The translations under genes and the position numbers were made by a program. Below are positions 1-12,200 of a stretch of DNA of 64,000 nt, piece by piece. Numbering within the stretch: position 1 is the stretch's first letter; every line of letters begins with the position of its first letter. The DNA is from Anaeramoeba ignava BMAN (lineage: Eukaryota; Protista; Anaeramoebae), in the NCBI GenBank assembly GCA_028826165.1, contig JAPDFW010000054.1, positions 434,001 to 498,000 of the forward strand, read 5' to 3'. A model generated the notes under the pieces. The model worked only from the letters and a program-made list of their open reading frames with translations, did not search any database and was not told the origin of the DNA.

Positions 1-400
1 AATTAAAATTAAAATTAAAATTAAAATTATAATTAAAATTAAAATTAAAATTAAAATTAAAATTAAAATTAAAATTAAAATTAAAATTAAAATTAAAATT
101 AAAATTATAATTAAAATTAAAATTAAAATTAAAATTAATATTAATATTAAAATTAAAATTAAAATTAAAATTAAAATTAAAATTAAAATTAAAAATTAAA
201 ATTAAAATTAAAATTATAATTAAAATTAAAATTAAAATTAAAAATTAAAATTAAAATTATAATTAAAATTAAAATTATAATTAAAATTAAAATTAAAATC
301 AAAATTATAATTAAAATTAAAATTAAAATCAAAATTAAAATTAAAATTAAAATTAAAATTATAAAATTAAAATTAAAATTAAAATTATAATTAAAATTAT
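1..400. repeat. (AATTAA)n intronic microsatellite
   Basis: Near-continuous hexamer repeat ending at the acceptor AG. Confidence 0.95.
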
Positions 401-402
401 AG

Positions 403-927
403 GAACCAAGAGCAGTTGCAAGATTTGGTTCCTGGCAAAAAGCAGATGCAGCAGCATTAGTAGCATTAACACTTCCAGGAATGAAATTTAGTTTTATGGG
501 ACAATGGGACGGATATCACAACAAATTAGATATTCATTTACGACGAGCTGAATCTGAATCTGCAGTAGCTGATGTTCAAAGTTTCTATTCAAAATTTATA
601 CCAATGATTTCAGAAGATGTTTTTTTAAAAGGAACTTATAGTTTAATTACAGGATGTGATAATAAAAATCAGTTATTGACTTGGAAATATTATCATGAAA
701 ACCAAGACGGAACTTATGATAAGAGATTGTGTGTTATTAACTTCACTGGTTCAACAGCTTATGGTCATGTTGTTGTTTCTGATGCTTATGGAAAAGATGG
801 AAGTGATAATATTGATATTACTGAATTATTCACTGGAACTGTTTATCAAAGATCTGCTAGTCAAATGAGAAGTGAAGGATTAACTGTTATCATTGATCCT
901 TGGTTTGCTCAAATTTTCTCTTATTAA
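403..927 (+). CDS. Last exon of an alpha-amylase-family (GH13-like) glycosidase; 5' part lies upstream of the window
   Basis: AG acceptor at 401-402, then in frame EPRAVARFG...LTLPGMKFSFMGQ, matching the GH13 (NHD)EPR...TLPG region, followed by a beta-rich C-terminal domain. Continuous with ORF 481..927. Confidence 0.7.
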   Translation, partial: EPRAVARFGSWQKADAAALVALTLPGMKFSFMGQWDGYHNKLDIHLRRAESESAVADVQSFYSKFIPMISEDVFLKGTYSLITGCDNKNQLLTWKYYHENQDGTYDKRLCVINFTGSTAYGHVVVSDAYGKDGSDNIDITELFTGTVYQRSASQMRSEGLTVIIDPWFAQIFSY

Positions 928-1072
928 TCAAATAATTCTTTAAAACTAAAACGGAAATTTTTTTTTTGATTGATTTTTTTTTTGATTGATTGAATTTTTT
1001 TTCAAAACAAAAAATTTTCATTCCAAAAAAATTATTTTCATTTTCTCATTTTTGATTCTTTTTTTTTTTTAA

Positions 1073-3198
1073 ATGGAAAACAAAAAACAAATTACAGAAA
1101 TTCAAAAAATTTGTTTAATTGGAGAAAAGAATTGTGGAAAATCAACTTTGGTTCATAAATTTTTAACTGGAAAATTTGAAGAACTTAGAGCAACAATTGG
1201 AGGTAAAATAAAATTTAATTCAAAAACAAAAAACAAAAACAAAAACAAATTTTATTTAATTAATTAATTAATTAATTATTTATTTATTTATTTAAAAAGG
1301 TTTTGCTCAAAGAAAAATACCTTTTGGTTCAATTGAAGTAATTTAGAAAAAAATTCAAAATCAATTTAAAATTTTTTTCAATTTTATTTTATGAAAGGTT
1401 GAAATTCAAATTTGGGATACTTATGATCAAGAAAGATTTGGAAAATTAGCTCCAATGTATTATCGTGGTGCAAGAGCTATTTTAGTTGTTTTTGATATTA
1501 CAAAATATGTAAAATTTGGAATGATATTTTTAAATTTTTTCATTCCAAAAAAAAAAGTGGAATTGATTTGATTTAAATATTATTTTTTTATATTCAATAT
1601 TTGATTAAAAGGATACTTTTTTGAAAGCTGATCAATGGCTTAAAGATTCAATTGAAAATAATTCAAATCCACATATAATTTTGATTGGAAATAAATCTGA
1701 TTTAGAATTTGAAAGGAAAGTAGAAACAACCGAAGCTGAAGAATATGCCAAAAAAGTTAATGCAATTTATTTTGAAACTTCATCAAAAAATGGTCAAAAT
1801 GTTAAAGAAATTTTTATTGAAGCAGGTATAATGATTAATTTTAGAATTGAATTAAAGTTTTTGGATTGATATAAAATTGATATAAAATTAATATAAAATT
1901 GATATAAAATTGATTTAGAATTGAATTAAAGTTTTTGGATTGATATAAAATTAATTTAAAATTGATTTAAAATTGATATAAAATTAATATAAAATTGATT
2001 TAAAATTGATTTAAAATTGATTTAAAATTAATATAAAATTGATTTAAAATTGATTTAAAATTGATATAAAATTGATATAAAATTGATATAAATTTGATAT
2101 AAATTTGATATAAAATTGATTTAAAATTGATATAAAATTGATTTAAAATTGATTTAAAATTGATATAAAATTGATTTAAAATTGATTTAAAATTGATTTA
2201 AAATTGATTTAAAATTGATATAAAATTGATATAAAATTGATTTAAAATTGATATAAAATTGATTTAAAATTGATTTAAAATTGATATAAAATTGATATAA
2301 AATTGATATAAAATTGATTTAAAATTGATTTAAAATTGATTTAAAATTGATATAAAATTGATTTAAAATTGATATAAAATTGATATAAAATTGATATAAA
2401 ATTGATATAAAATTGATATAAAATTGATATAAAATTGATATAAAATTGATATAAAATTGATATAAAATTGATATAAAATTGATATAAAATTGATATAAAA
2501 TTGATTTAAAATTGATTTAAAATTGATTTAAAATTGATATAAAATTGATATAAAATTGATTTAAAATTGATTTAAAATTGATATAAAATTGATATAAAAT
2601 TGATTTAAAATTGATATAAAATTGATATAAAATTGATATAAAATTTTTGGATTGATATAAAATTGATTTAGTGAATTATATTAGATTTATAAATTTAATT
2701 TAAAATTGATTTAATGAATTATATTAGATTCGTTTTAAAATTCAGAGTTAATTGATCAATTAAATTATTCGATTAAAAAGATTTACCACTTAAACTAAAT
2801 ATTATTATTAGAAATTAAAATTTGAAATAAATCTCTATTTTATTTTAATTTAGATTTGAAAATTTTTTCGTAAATAAACTGATCAATTCTTATTTATTCT
2901 TATTATTCTTATTATTCTTATTATGGATTAATTGATCAATAATAAATTTATTATTTTATTTAAAAATAAAAATCGAATGAAAAAATAAATAAAAATTAAC
3001 AAAAAAATAATCAAATAAATTAAATTAAATTAAATTAAATTAAATTAAATTGTTTTAAATCTTTTAACTCTATTTTAAGCTAAATTCACTTTAATTGATT
3101 TGGAAAAAAATCCAGAAAAAGTAAAAATGAAAGATAATGAGGAAATGGAATTAAAAATTTACGATCCAAAAATTGAAAAAAAAAGTTGTTGTTTTTAA
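1073..3198 (+). CDS. Divergent Rab5-like small GTPase, 5 exons (approx. 1073-1203, 1300-1337, 1398-1508, 1612-1825, 3080-3198)
   Basis: GEKNCGKS P-loop, [18 protein letters not shown] (Rab5-like), GNKSD, ETSSK, C-terminal SCCF. GT-AG joins keep frame. Confidence 0.88.
1866..2670. repeat. 11-bp intronic satellite (AAAATTGATWT)n
   Basis: Tandem AAAATTGATAT/AAAATTGATTT units filling Rab intron 4. Confidence 0.95.
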
Positions 3199-3930
3199 AA
3201 AGAAAAATTTGGAACAAAAATTAAAAAATTAAAAAAAAACATTAAAATATAAATAAATTTTAATTGAAAAATTGTATTTGTTGTTGTTTTTTGTTATTAA
3301 ATTAAATTAAAAAAAGATCAATTATCTTTTTAATTTTAATTTTGTTTTGAATTATAATTTTATTTTAATCACTTTTTTCTTATTCATTTTAAAGTTTAAG
3401 TTAATTAAATTTTATTAATTTTTTGGTTAAAATTCTTATTAAAAAAATATTTAAAAAATGCCCCCAATTAATTAAATTAAAAAAATTAAATTAAAATTTA
3501 AATTAAAAAAATTTTTTTTATTTTTTTCTTTTTTCATTTTCTTTTTTCTTTTATTTTCTCTATTTTTCTTTTCTTTTTATTTAAAGTAAAATATAAATTT
3601 CTTACTTATTTTTTATTTAAAAATAATTTAAAAAAAAAAATAAGAAAAAGATTTAATTAAAAAAAAAAAATTTAATTTATAATTTATAATAATTTTAATT
3701 TTTAAATCAAAAGAAAGGAATTATTTATAGTTTTCCTTCTTTTTTTTTCTTTCAAAATTTTATTAATTAAAAAAATTTTTTTTTATTTAAATAATTTTTA
3801 TTAATTAAAAAAAAATTTTTTTTGTTTTAATTGAAAATTTTCATTTTTATTTTCCTTTTTTTTCTTCCAAAAAAAAAAAAAAAAACAAAACAAAACAAAA
3901 ACTTAAAATAAAAGATTCAATCTCATAAAA

Positions 3931-5174
3931 ATGAAACGTTTAAAGTTAGTTTGTGTTGGTGATGGTCAAACAGGAAAAACATGCATGTTAATTACATTCG
4001 CTAAAGATGAGTAAGCAACTATTCAGAACTTCACAAACAAATTATAATAAAAAAAGTTTTCGAAATTAATTCCAATTTTATTTCTATCAATTTTTTTTAT
4101 CATTTATTATTATTATTATTATTGAATAAATGAGAAAAAAAAATATTAAAAAAAAAAATTACAAAAAAAAGAAAAAAAGAAAAAGAATAATTCAAATTTA
4201 AAAATATTTTAAATTCTAATTTATTTTCCATTTTGAAATTTATTTTGAAATTTATTTTGAAATTTATTTTGTATTTATTTTGTATTTATTTTGTTCCCTT
4301 TTTGGAATTATTTTTCAAAAAAAAAAAGATTTCCAGCAATTTATGTTCCAACTGTTTTTGAAAATTATATTGCTGATATTACTGTTGATGATAAAACTTA
4401 TGAGCTTAATCTTTGGGATACAGCAGGTTCGCAAAATAAATAATTTCCAAAATAATTTATAATTTATAATTTATAATTTATAATTTATAATTTATAATTT
4501 ATAATTTATAATATTTCAGGGCAAGAGGATTTGGATAGATTACGTCCATTAAGTTATCCTGATTCACATGTTGTTTTAATTTGCTTTGCTATTGACAGTC
4601 ATATGTCATATGATAATGTTAAACTCAAAGTAATTTTCATTTTTTTTTAAAACACAAACAACCGAAAAAAACTCACATTTCCCCAATAACCACTTTAAAA
4701 TTTATTAATTATTTAATTTATTAATTTAAATTTTATTAATTTTTAGTGGATTAAAGAAGTCCGACATTATTGTCCCAAAGTCCCAATTCTTTTGGTTGGG
4801 TTAAAAACAGATCTTCGAACAGATGAAAAAGTTATTGAAACATTGAGAGAAAATGGAAAAGAACCAATAACAAATCAACAAGTAAATTATTTTTATTGAA
4901 AAAAATTTAAATTAACATGAAACGAATAAAAACAATTTAAAAAAATTTAAATTAACATGAAACGAATAAAAACAAAACAAAAATAAAATTGAATTGAATT
5001 AAATAAATTTTTACCAATCATTTTTAGGGAGAATCACTTGGAAGAGACATTAAAGCTTGGAAATATGTTGAATGCTCAGCAAAAACAGGAGATAATTTGA
5101 AATTTGTTTTTGAACAATCAGTTAGAGCAGCTTTGGAAAAACCGACTAATTCTGGTCATTGTCTTCTTCTTTAA
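3931..5174 (+). CDS. Rho-family GTPase (RhoA/Rho1-like), 5 exons
   Basis: Spliced translation [17 protein letters not shown]...YVPTVFENY...[21 protein letters not shown]...GLKTDLR, Rho insert, ECSAK, CAAX box CLLL. Not captured by the ORF track. Confidence 0.92.
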
Positions 5175-5549
5175 AATCAAAAACTAAAACTAATTCTCTC
5201 TAATTTCCAAAGAGTTGTGATCTCTTTTTCAAAAAATCTTTTTTTACTTTTTTGCTTTTTTTACTTTTTTTGCTTTTTCTTTTCTTTTCTTTTCTTTTCT
5301 TTTCTTTTCTTTCTTGTTTCTACCTTCTTTTTTTTTTTGGGTTTCTCTCAAAATTTTTATGCGTTTCTTTTCCAAAATAAAACCAAAATCACTTTATTTA
5401 CGAAATAATAAAAAATTTTTTTTTAATTTAATTTTATTTAATTATTATTTTTTAAGAATTTTTTTTCATTTTTTTCTTTTTGCTTTTTTATTTTTTATTA
5501 TTTGATTTTTTTTGACGTTTCAAATTACTTAATTAAAATTAAGAACAAA

Positions 5550-8500
5550 ATGACAACTAAAGAATTAAAAGGAATTCAAATACAAAAATTTCGAACAGAT
5601 AAAGTAGGATTTATAGTTAATCCTAAATCAGGGAATGGACGAGCGAAAAAGATATGGCCAGGAATAGAAAAAAAGATCAAGAAATTATTTACAAATTATT
5701 TAATAAAAAAAACAACGAAAGCAGGAGATGCAAGAAAATTTGCAAGTGATTTAATAAAAGAGGGGTATACAACAATATGCGCGGCCGGAGGAGATGGAAC
5801 AACACATGAAGTTTTCAACGGTATAATGGACGCAACACATGAAAACCCATCTTTAATCAAGAGAACCAAAAAAAACCGCAAAAAATTACCAAATATTTCA
5901 TTTGCAATTTTGCCAATTGGAACTGGTTGTGATTGTATTAGATCTTTCGGTGTTGGTGATAATAAAGCTTCTGTTGATGAATGTTTGCAAGCTATTATTG
6001 ATGGTATGTGTGGTTATATTGATATAGGAAAATGTAAATGTATTGATGATGATGGAAATCCTGCGATAAGATATTTCTTTAATATTAGCTCTTTTGGAGG
6101 TGATTAATCATTCTTTTTCTTTCCATTTGTGAAATCATATCTGGATTTTAATAATTAATTTTATAAATAATTTTATAAATAATTTTATATTTAATTTTAT
6201 AAATAATTTTATAAATAATTTAATAAATAATTTAATAAATAATTTAATAAATAATTTTATATTAATTTAATAAATAATTTTATATTTAATTTTATAAATA
6301 ATTTTATAAATAATTTTATAAATAATTTTATAAATAATTTTATAAATAATTTTATAAATAATTTTATAAATAATTTTATATTTAATTTTATAAATAATTT
6401 TTATATTTAATTTTATAAATAATTTTTATAAATAATTTTATAAATAATTTTATAAATAATTTTACATTTAATTTAATAAATAATTTTATATTTAATTTTA
6501 TAATTAATTTTTATATTTAATTTTTATATTTAATTTTATAAATAATTTTATATTTAATTTTATAAATAATTTTATAAATAATTTAATAATTTTATAAATA
6601 ATTTTATAAATAATTTTATATTTAATTTTATAAAATAATTTTATAAATAATTTTATAAATAATTTTATAAATAATTTTATAAATAATTTTATAAATAATT
6701 TTATAAATAATTTTATAAATAATTTTATAAGTAATTTTATAAATAATTTTATAAATAATTTAATAAATAATTTTATAAATAATTTAATAAATAATTTTTA
6801 TATTTAATTTTATAAATAATTTTATAAATAATTTTATATTTAATTTTATAAATAATTTTATAAATAATTTTATAAATAATTTTATAAATAATTTTATAAA
6901 TAATTTTATAAATAATTTTATAAATAATTTTATAAATAATTTTATAAGTAATTTTATATTTAATTTTATAAATAATTTTATAAATAATTTAATAATTAAT
7001 TTTATAATTAATTTTATAATTAATTTAATAAATAATTTTATATTTAATTTTATAAATAATTTTATAAATAATTTTATATTTAATTTTATAAATAATTTTA
7101 TATTTAATTTTTATAAAATAATTTTATAAGTAATTTTATAAATAATTTTATATTTAATTTTATAAATAATTTTATAAATTAATTTTATATTTAATTTTAT
7201 AATTAATTTTATAAATAATTTTATATTTAATTTTATATTTAATTTTATAAATAATTTTTATATTTAATTTTTATAATTAATTTTATAAATAATTTTATAA
7301 ATAATTTTATAAATAATTTTATTAATAATTTTATAAATAATTTTATATTTAATTTTTATAAATAATTTTATAAATAATTTTATATTTAATTTTATTAATA
7401 ATTTTATATATAATTTTATATTTAATTTTATAAATAATTTTATATTTAATTTTATAAATAATTTTATATTTAATTTTATAATTAATTTTATAAATAATTT
7501 TATAAATAATTTTATAAATAATTTTATAAATAATTTTATAAATAATTTTATAAATAATTTTATAAATAATTTTATAAATAATTTTATAAATAATTTTATA
7601 AATAATTTTTATTAATAATTTTATAAATAATTTAATAAAAATAATAAATAATTACATAAATAATTTTAATAAATAATTTTATAAATAATTTTATATTTAA
7701 TTTTATAATTAATTTTATAAATAATTTTATATTTAATTTAATATAATTTTATAAATAATTTTATAAATAATTTTTATAAATAATTTTATAAATAATTTTA
7801 TAAATAATTTTATAAATAATTTTATAAATAATTTTATAAATAATTTTATAAATAATTTTATAAATAATTTTATAAATAATTTTATAAATAATTTTATAAA
7901 TAATTTTATAAATAATTTTATAAATAATTTTATAAATAATTTTATAAATAATTTTATATTTAATTTTATAAATAATTTTATAAATAATTTTATAAATAAT
8001 TTTATAAATAATTTTATATTTAATTTTATAAATAATTTTATAAATAATTTTATATTTAATTTTATATTTAATTTAATATTTAATTTAATAAAATTTATTC
8101 AAAAAAAATTAGGTTCTGCAATGATTGCATATAATATGAATAGAACATCAAAAGCATTAGGTTTCATTTCTTATATTTGGGCTTCTTTCCTTGTTGGAAT
8201 ATCATTCAAAATGCCAACAATATTTTATAGATTTGTAGGACCTGATTCAATTGATCCAAAAAGAAGATTAGATGGTGAAGAACAAGAATTTTCTTATTTT
8301 GATGATGAAGATCAAGAAGAAGATAGTTCAAACTCAAATGAAAATTCAGAATTAGAAATTAATAATAAAAATTTGGAAGATTCTCAAGAAAAAAAAGAGG
8401 AATTTAGTGAATTTAAAAGAGAACAAGTTATGTTTTTCAATATTTGCAATGGAAGTACTTTTGGAGCAGGAATGGAAGTTGGTCCAACTGCAAATCTTGT

Positions 8501-9136
8501 TGATGGTTTACTTGATGTTTGTGTTGTTAGACATTTGGATGTTAATGGAGTTATAGAAATCCTTTATAAATTAAGAACAGGAACTCATGTTTCAATGGAT
8601 TCTGTTTATAGTTTCAGATGTAAAAAGATTGAAGTTCTTCTTCCAAAAGATGCAATTAAATATTTGAATCCAAATTATGAAATTAAAATTGAAAATGAAA
8701 ATGAAAATGAAAATGAAAATGAAAATGAAAATGAAAATGAAAATGAAAATGAAAATGAAAATGAAATTAAAAATCAAAAAGAAATCAAAATGAAAATCAA
8801 AAAGAAATTGATAGTGATAATGAAGATGATATCCTTTTAGAAACTGATACTTCTTTTTCTGAAGATGAAGATGAAAATGAAAATGATATTGATGATAATA
8901 ATAATAATAATAATAACCAAAATTCCCTTTCAAACAAAAAATATGAATTTAATGAAAAACAATTTGAATTGGATTTAAAATCAATCTCAAAACAAAATAT
9001 TATGATTGAATCTGAAGGTGAAATGTCTGGAAATATTTCTGCAACATTTAAAGTTAAACCTCGATTTCTTAAATTTATTATTCCTTCAAAATCTTTTCGA
9101 AAATCAGATCTTAAAGAAAATCAAAGAAAAAAATAA
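5550..9136 (+). CDS. Diacylglycerol/sphingosine-kinase-family lipid kinase (YegS/DgkB type), exons 5550-6099 and 8113-9136, apparent 1-nt deletion near 8783
   Basis: NPKSG, GGDGT, LPIGTG, NISSFG, CNGSTFGAGM..P.A..DGLLDV motifs. The C-terminal IESEGE...ATFKV segment is in a shifted frame after the EN repeat. Confidence 0.85.
6150..8080. repeat. 12-bp intronic satellite (ATAAATAATTTT)n
   Basis: About 1.9 kb of tandem 12-mers with ATATTTAATTTT variants. Confidence 0.95.
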
Positions 9137-9248
9137 CCGAAAAAAAAAAGGAATTTTTTCATTTTCATTTTCTTTTTCTTTTTATTTTTTTTTTTTTGAG
9201 TTTTGATTTGAATTTCTTTTTCTTTTTTCTTGAATTTTTTTCTTCTTC

Positions 9249-12200
9249 TTATTTTAAAAAATTTTCTTTTAAATTTTCTTTTTCATTTTCTTTTAAAAAA
9301 AGATTTAAAAGATTTCCAAATTTCTGAAAAACTTGAATCAATTCATTTCTAAGATAAATATTTCTACTTTTAAATAAACTTAAAATTTCATTATAAGCAA
9401 TCTTTGTAATTTTAATAAAAGATTCTTTTTCTAATTCAAGAATTTTTTTAAAAGAAAAAATTAGAACTGGATCCCAAAAAATAAGTTCGGTATGTTTTGT
9501 TTGAGAAATTAATATATTTTCTTGTTCTGTAAATTGATTATTATTTTCAATTTGAATTTCATTTTGATTTAAATTTTCATTTTCATTTTGAATTTCATTT
9601 TCATTTTCATTTTCATTTTCAATTTGATTTTCATTTTCATTTAAATTTTCTTTGTAGTTTGTTATTGTTTGAAACTTCATTTTAATTAAATGTTTTTTCC
9701 ATAATTTTCTTAAAGTTTTAAATAATAATGCTTGAATTAATTTTGGTTCAAATTTTGGTTCAATATTCTTTTGAGGATCATATAAAACAAACAAAATACT
9801 AATTAGAACTTGAATTCCTAAAGTTTCTTGTTTAAGTAAATTAGGGATTTGTTGTTGAGTAAATTCTTGACGATAAAGTCTTATTCTTAAAACCATATTT
9901 TCATTAAATGATTTTGCTGCTTTATATGATTGATTCACAGTTTTGATAAGTTTCTTAATTTCTTCCACATCCAATTTATCCAATCCAACTGCTATTAAAT
10001 CATAAGCCGCTTGAATCAAATTTAATTGAGCAACACATTTGGTTTTTAAAAAGTTGAATTTTTGCTTGATTTGATTTTGCTTTTTTTGTGATCGATGAGT
10101 TCTTCTGCGATGAGGTCTGGTTCTTTTATGTCTAACTCCATCTTTGTTCTCATCATTCTCTAATTCTTGATCTTTTGGGAAATCATATTGAGAGAAAATA
10201 TTTTCAAAAATAGATGTTATTGTTTGTCTTGAAAGTAGTTGTGTTATTGATAAATTTTCGTTGTTTTCAATAAGATTTTTTTCTTGTTCTTCTTTTTCTT
10301 TCAAAATGAATTCATTTTTTTGAGATTCCAAAACATTTTCTATGATTGAAGAAACAGTATTTTTTGAAAAATCTCTGATAATTTGCTTTTCACTTTTTGG
10401 ATTTTCTTTGACATTTTGATTTGGTTCTTGGATTTCAAACTCAGATTGATGAGGAATTGTTAAATTCAAAAGCTCGGTAACAAATTTACAAATCCAATTC
10501 ATGATTCCTGTTGTAAATGTATTACTTTTTTGTTTAATTAGATTGATTAAAGATGAAACACTTGCTGTAACTAAAGCTTCAGCATGTTGGAAAATGATAT
10601 TTTTGATCAATTCAAAATATTCTGTTAATAAAAATGAAATATCATCAAATGAATTAATAAAAAGTTCTCCAACTCCTTCAATCAATTTAACACATGTAGT
10701 TTCGATCCATTCTTTTCTTCGTCTTTTTGCTTTTTTTCTTTCTTCGTCTTGATATTCAAACATTGGGAAAATTATTGATTGGAAAATTTCTTTCCAAATT
10801 TCTGAAGTGAAAAGATTTGCATTTTGTTTGAAGATATTGAAAAGAATTTGTTGTGATTTGTTTCTAATATGAACATTTGTATGTATTGATGTGATTGTTT
10901 TAAGGAGATTGCTAAACAAAGGTAACCAAAATTGTTGTGAAAAATCATTATCAAATTTTTGCAAAACTGGAACGTTTTCGTTTTGGAAATCATCTTGTGT
11001 TTGAAATATTTTGATATTTTCATTCTTTGAATTTTCTTTGATGAATTGATTTGCAAATGATCCAAAAAGATCAATGGAAGATAAACCAATTTCCATATTT
11101 TTTGTGTTTTGGGAAAAAAGTGATAAAGTTGAAACAAAATCAGAAAAGCATTTCTCAACAAAAATAACTGGTAAATAATCCTTTGCAATGGATGAAAGTG
11201 TTTGGAATGCAGAAGATAAAACAGAGTCTTGATCTTTAGAAGCTGATTGAAGAACCATAAAAACAGATTTCCAACCACTTCTAATATTTTTGGAACTTGC
11301 ACGAATGATTTTATCAATACTTTCAATTGCATAATTTCTCAAATCCATTATTTTTTGATTTAGAACGATATAATGGAATGGTAATAAAACTTCTTGTTGA
11401 AAATGATAGTTTGTTAATTCATCCTTCTCCAAAAATTTTGTTGATAATTGTCTTAAACTATTTATTGCAAACATTGAAACTTTTAAATTTTCATGACAAC
11501 CAAATTCATTTAAATGTCTTGAAATATATTTCCATATTTTTTTCCATGTTATTCTAATTCTATGAAGATTATAATATCCAACATCCATTAATCTTTTCAA
11601 TGAAAACATCCAAGGTTCTGTTGAGGATGTGATTTCAATTTTGCTTAATTTGCACAAACTTTTCACAAAATAAATAATTGCTTCATCATTTAATGTTGCT
11701 GTATTTGTAAATATTCTATCAATACTAGTTGGATTTATTTTTGATACTAAATTTCTTGAGTTGATTTCTTCAAGTTGTTTTGAATCAATTAGTTTGATTT
11801 GTGATTTTTTTTGTGGTGTTTTAGGTTTAGATGTTCTAGAATTACAAAAAATAATATATTATTAAATTATTATTAAATTATTTTATTTTATTTTATTTAT
11901 TTACTGTTCAGAAGTAGTTCCAATCATTAAATTTGTACTTTTTCTTAATTCTTCTGAAAGATTTGAACTTGAACCGATAGCTTGAAATTGTTCAAGTTGA
12001 GAAAGACATTTTAAAATTTCAAACCAACTATCTTGCAAATAATTACCATCTATTAAAAATATTAAAAATATTCAAAATATAAAAAATATTAAATATAAAA
12101 TTAAAATTTAATATAAATGAATTTCTACCTAAAATTGCAATTTTAATTAATATTTTAATTGATTCAATGTTTTTAGGTTTAATTTCAGCTGTGCTTCTTA

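Noticed and set aside
1-400. Telomeric repeat at the window start
   Set aside because: No G-rich strand, and it ends in a splice acceptor leading into a coding exon.
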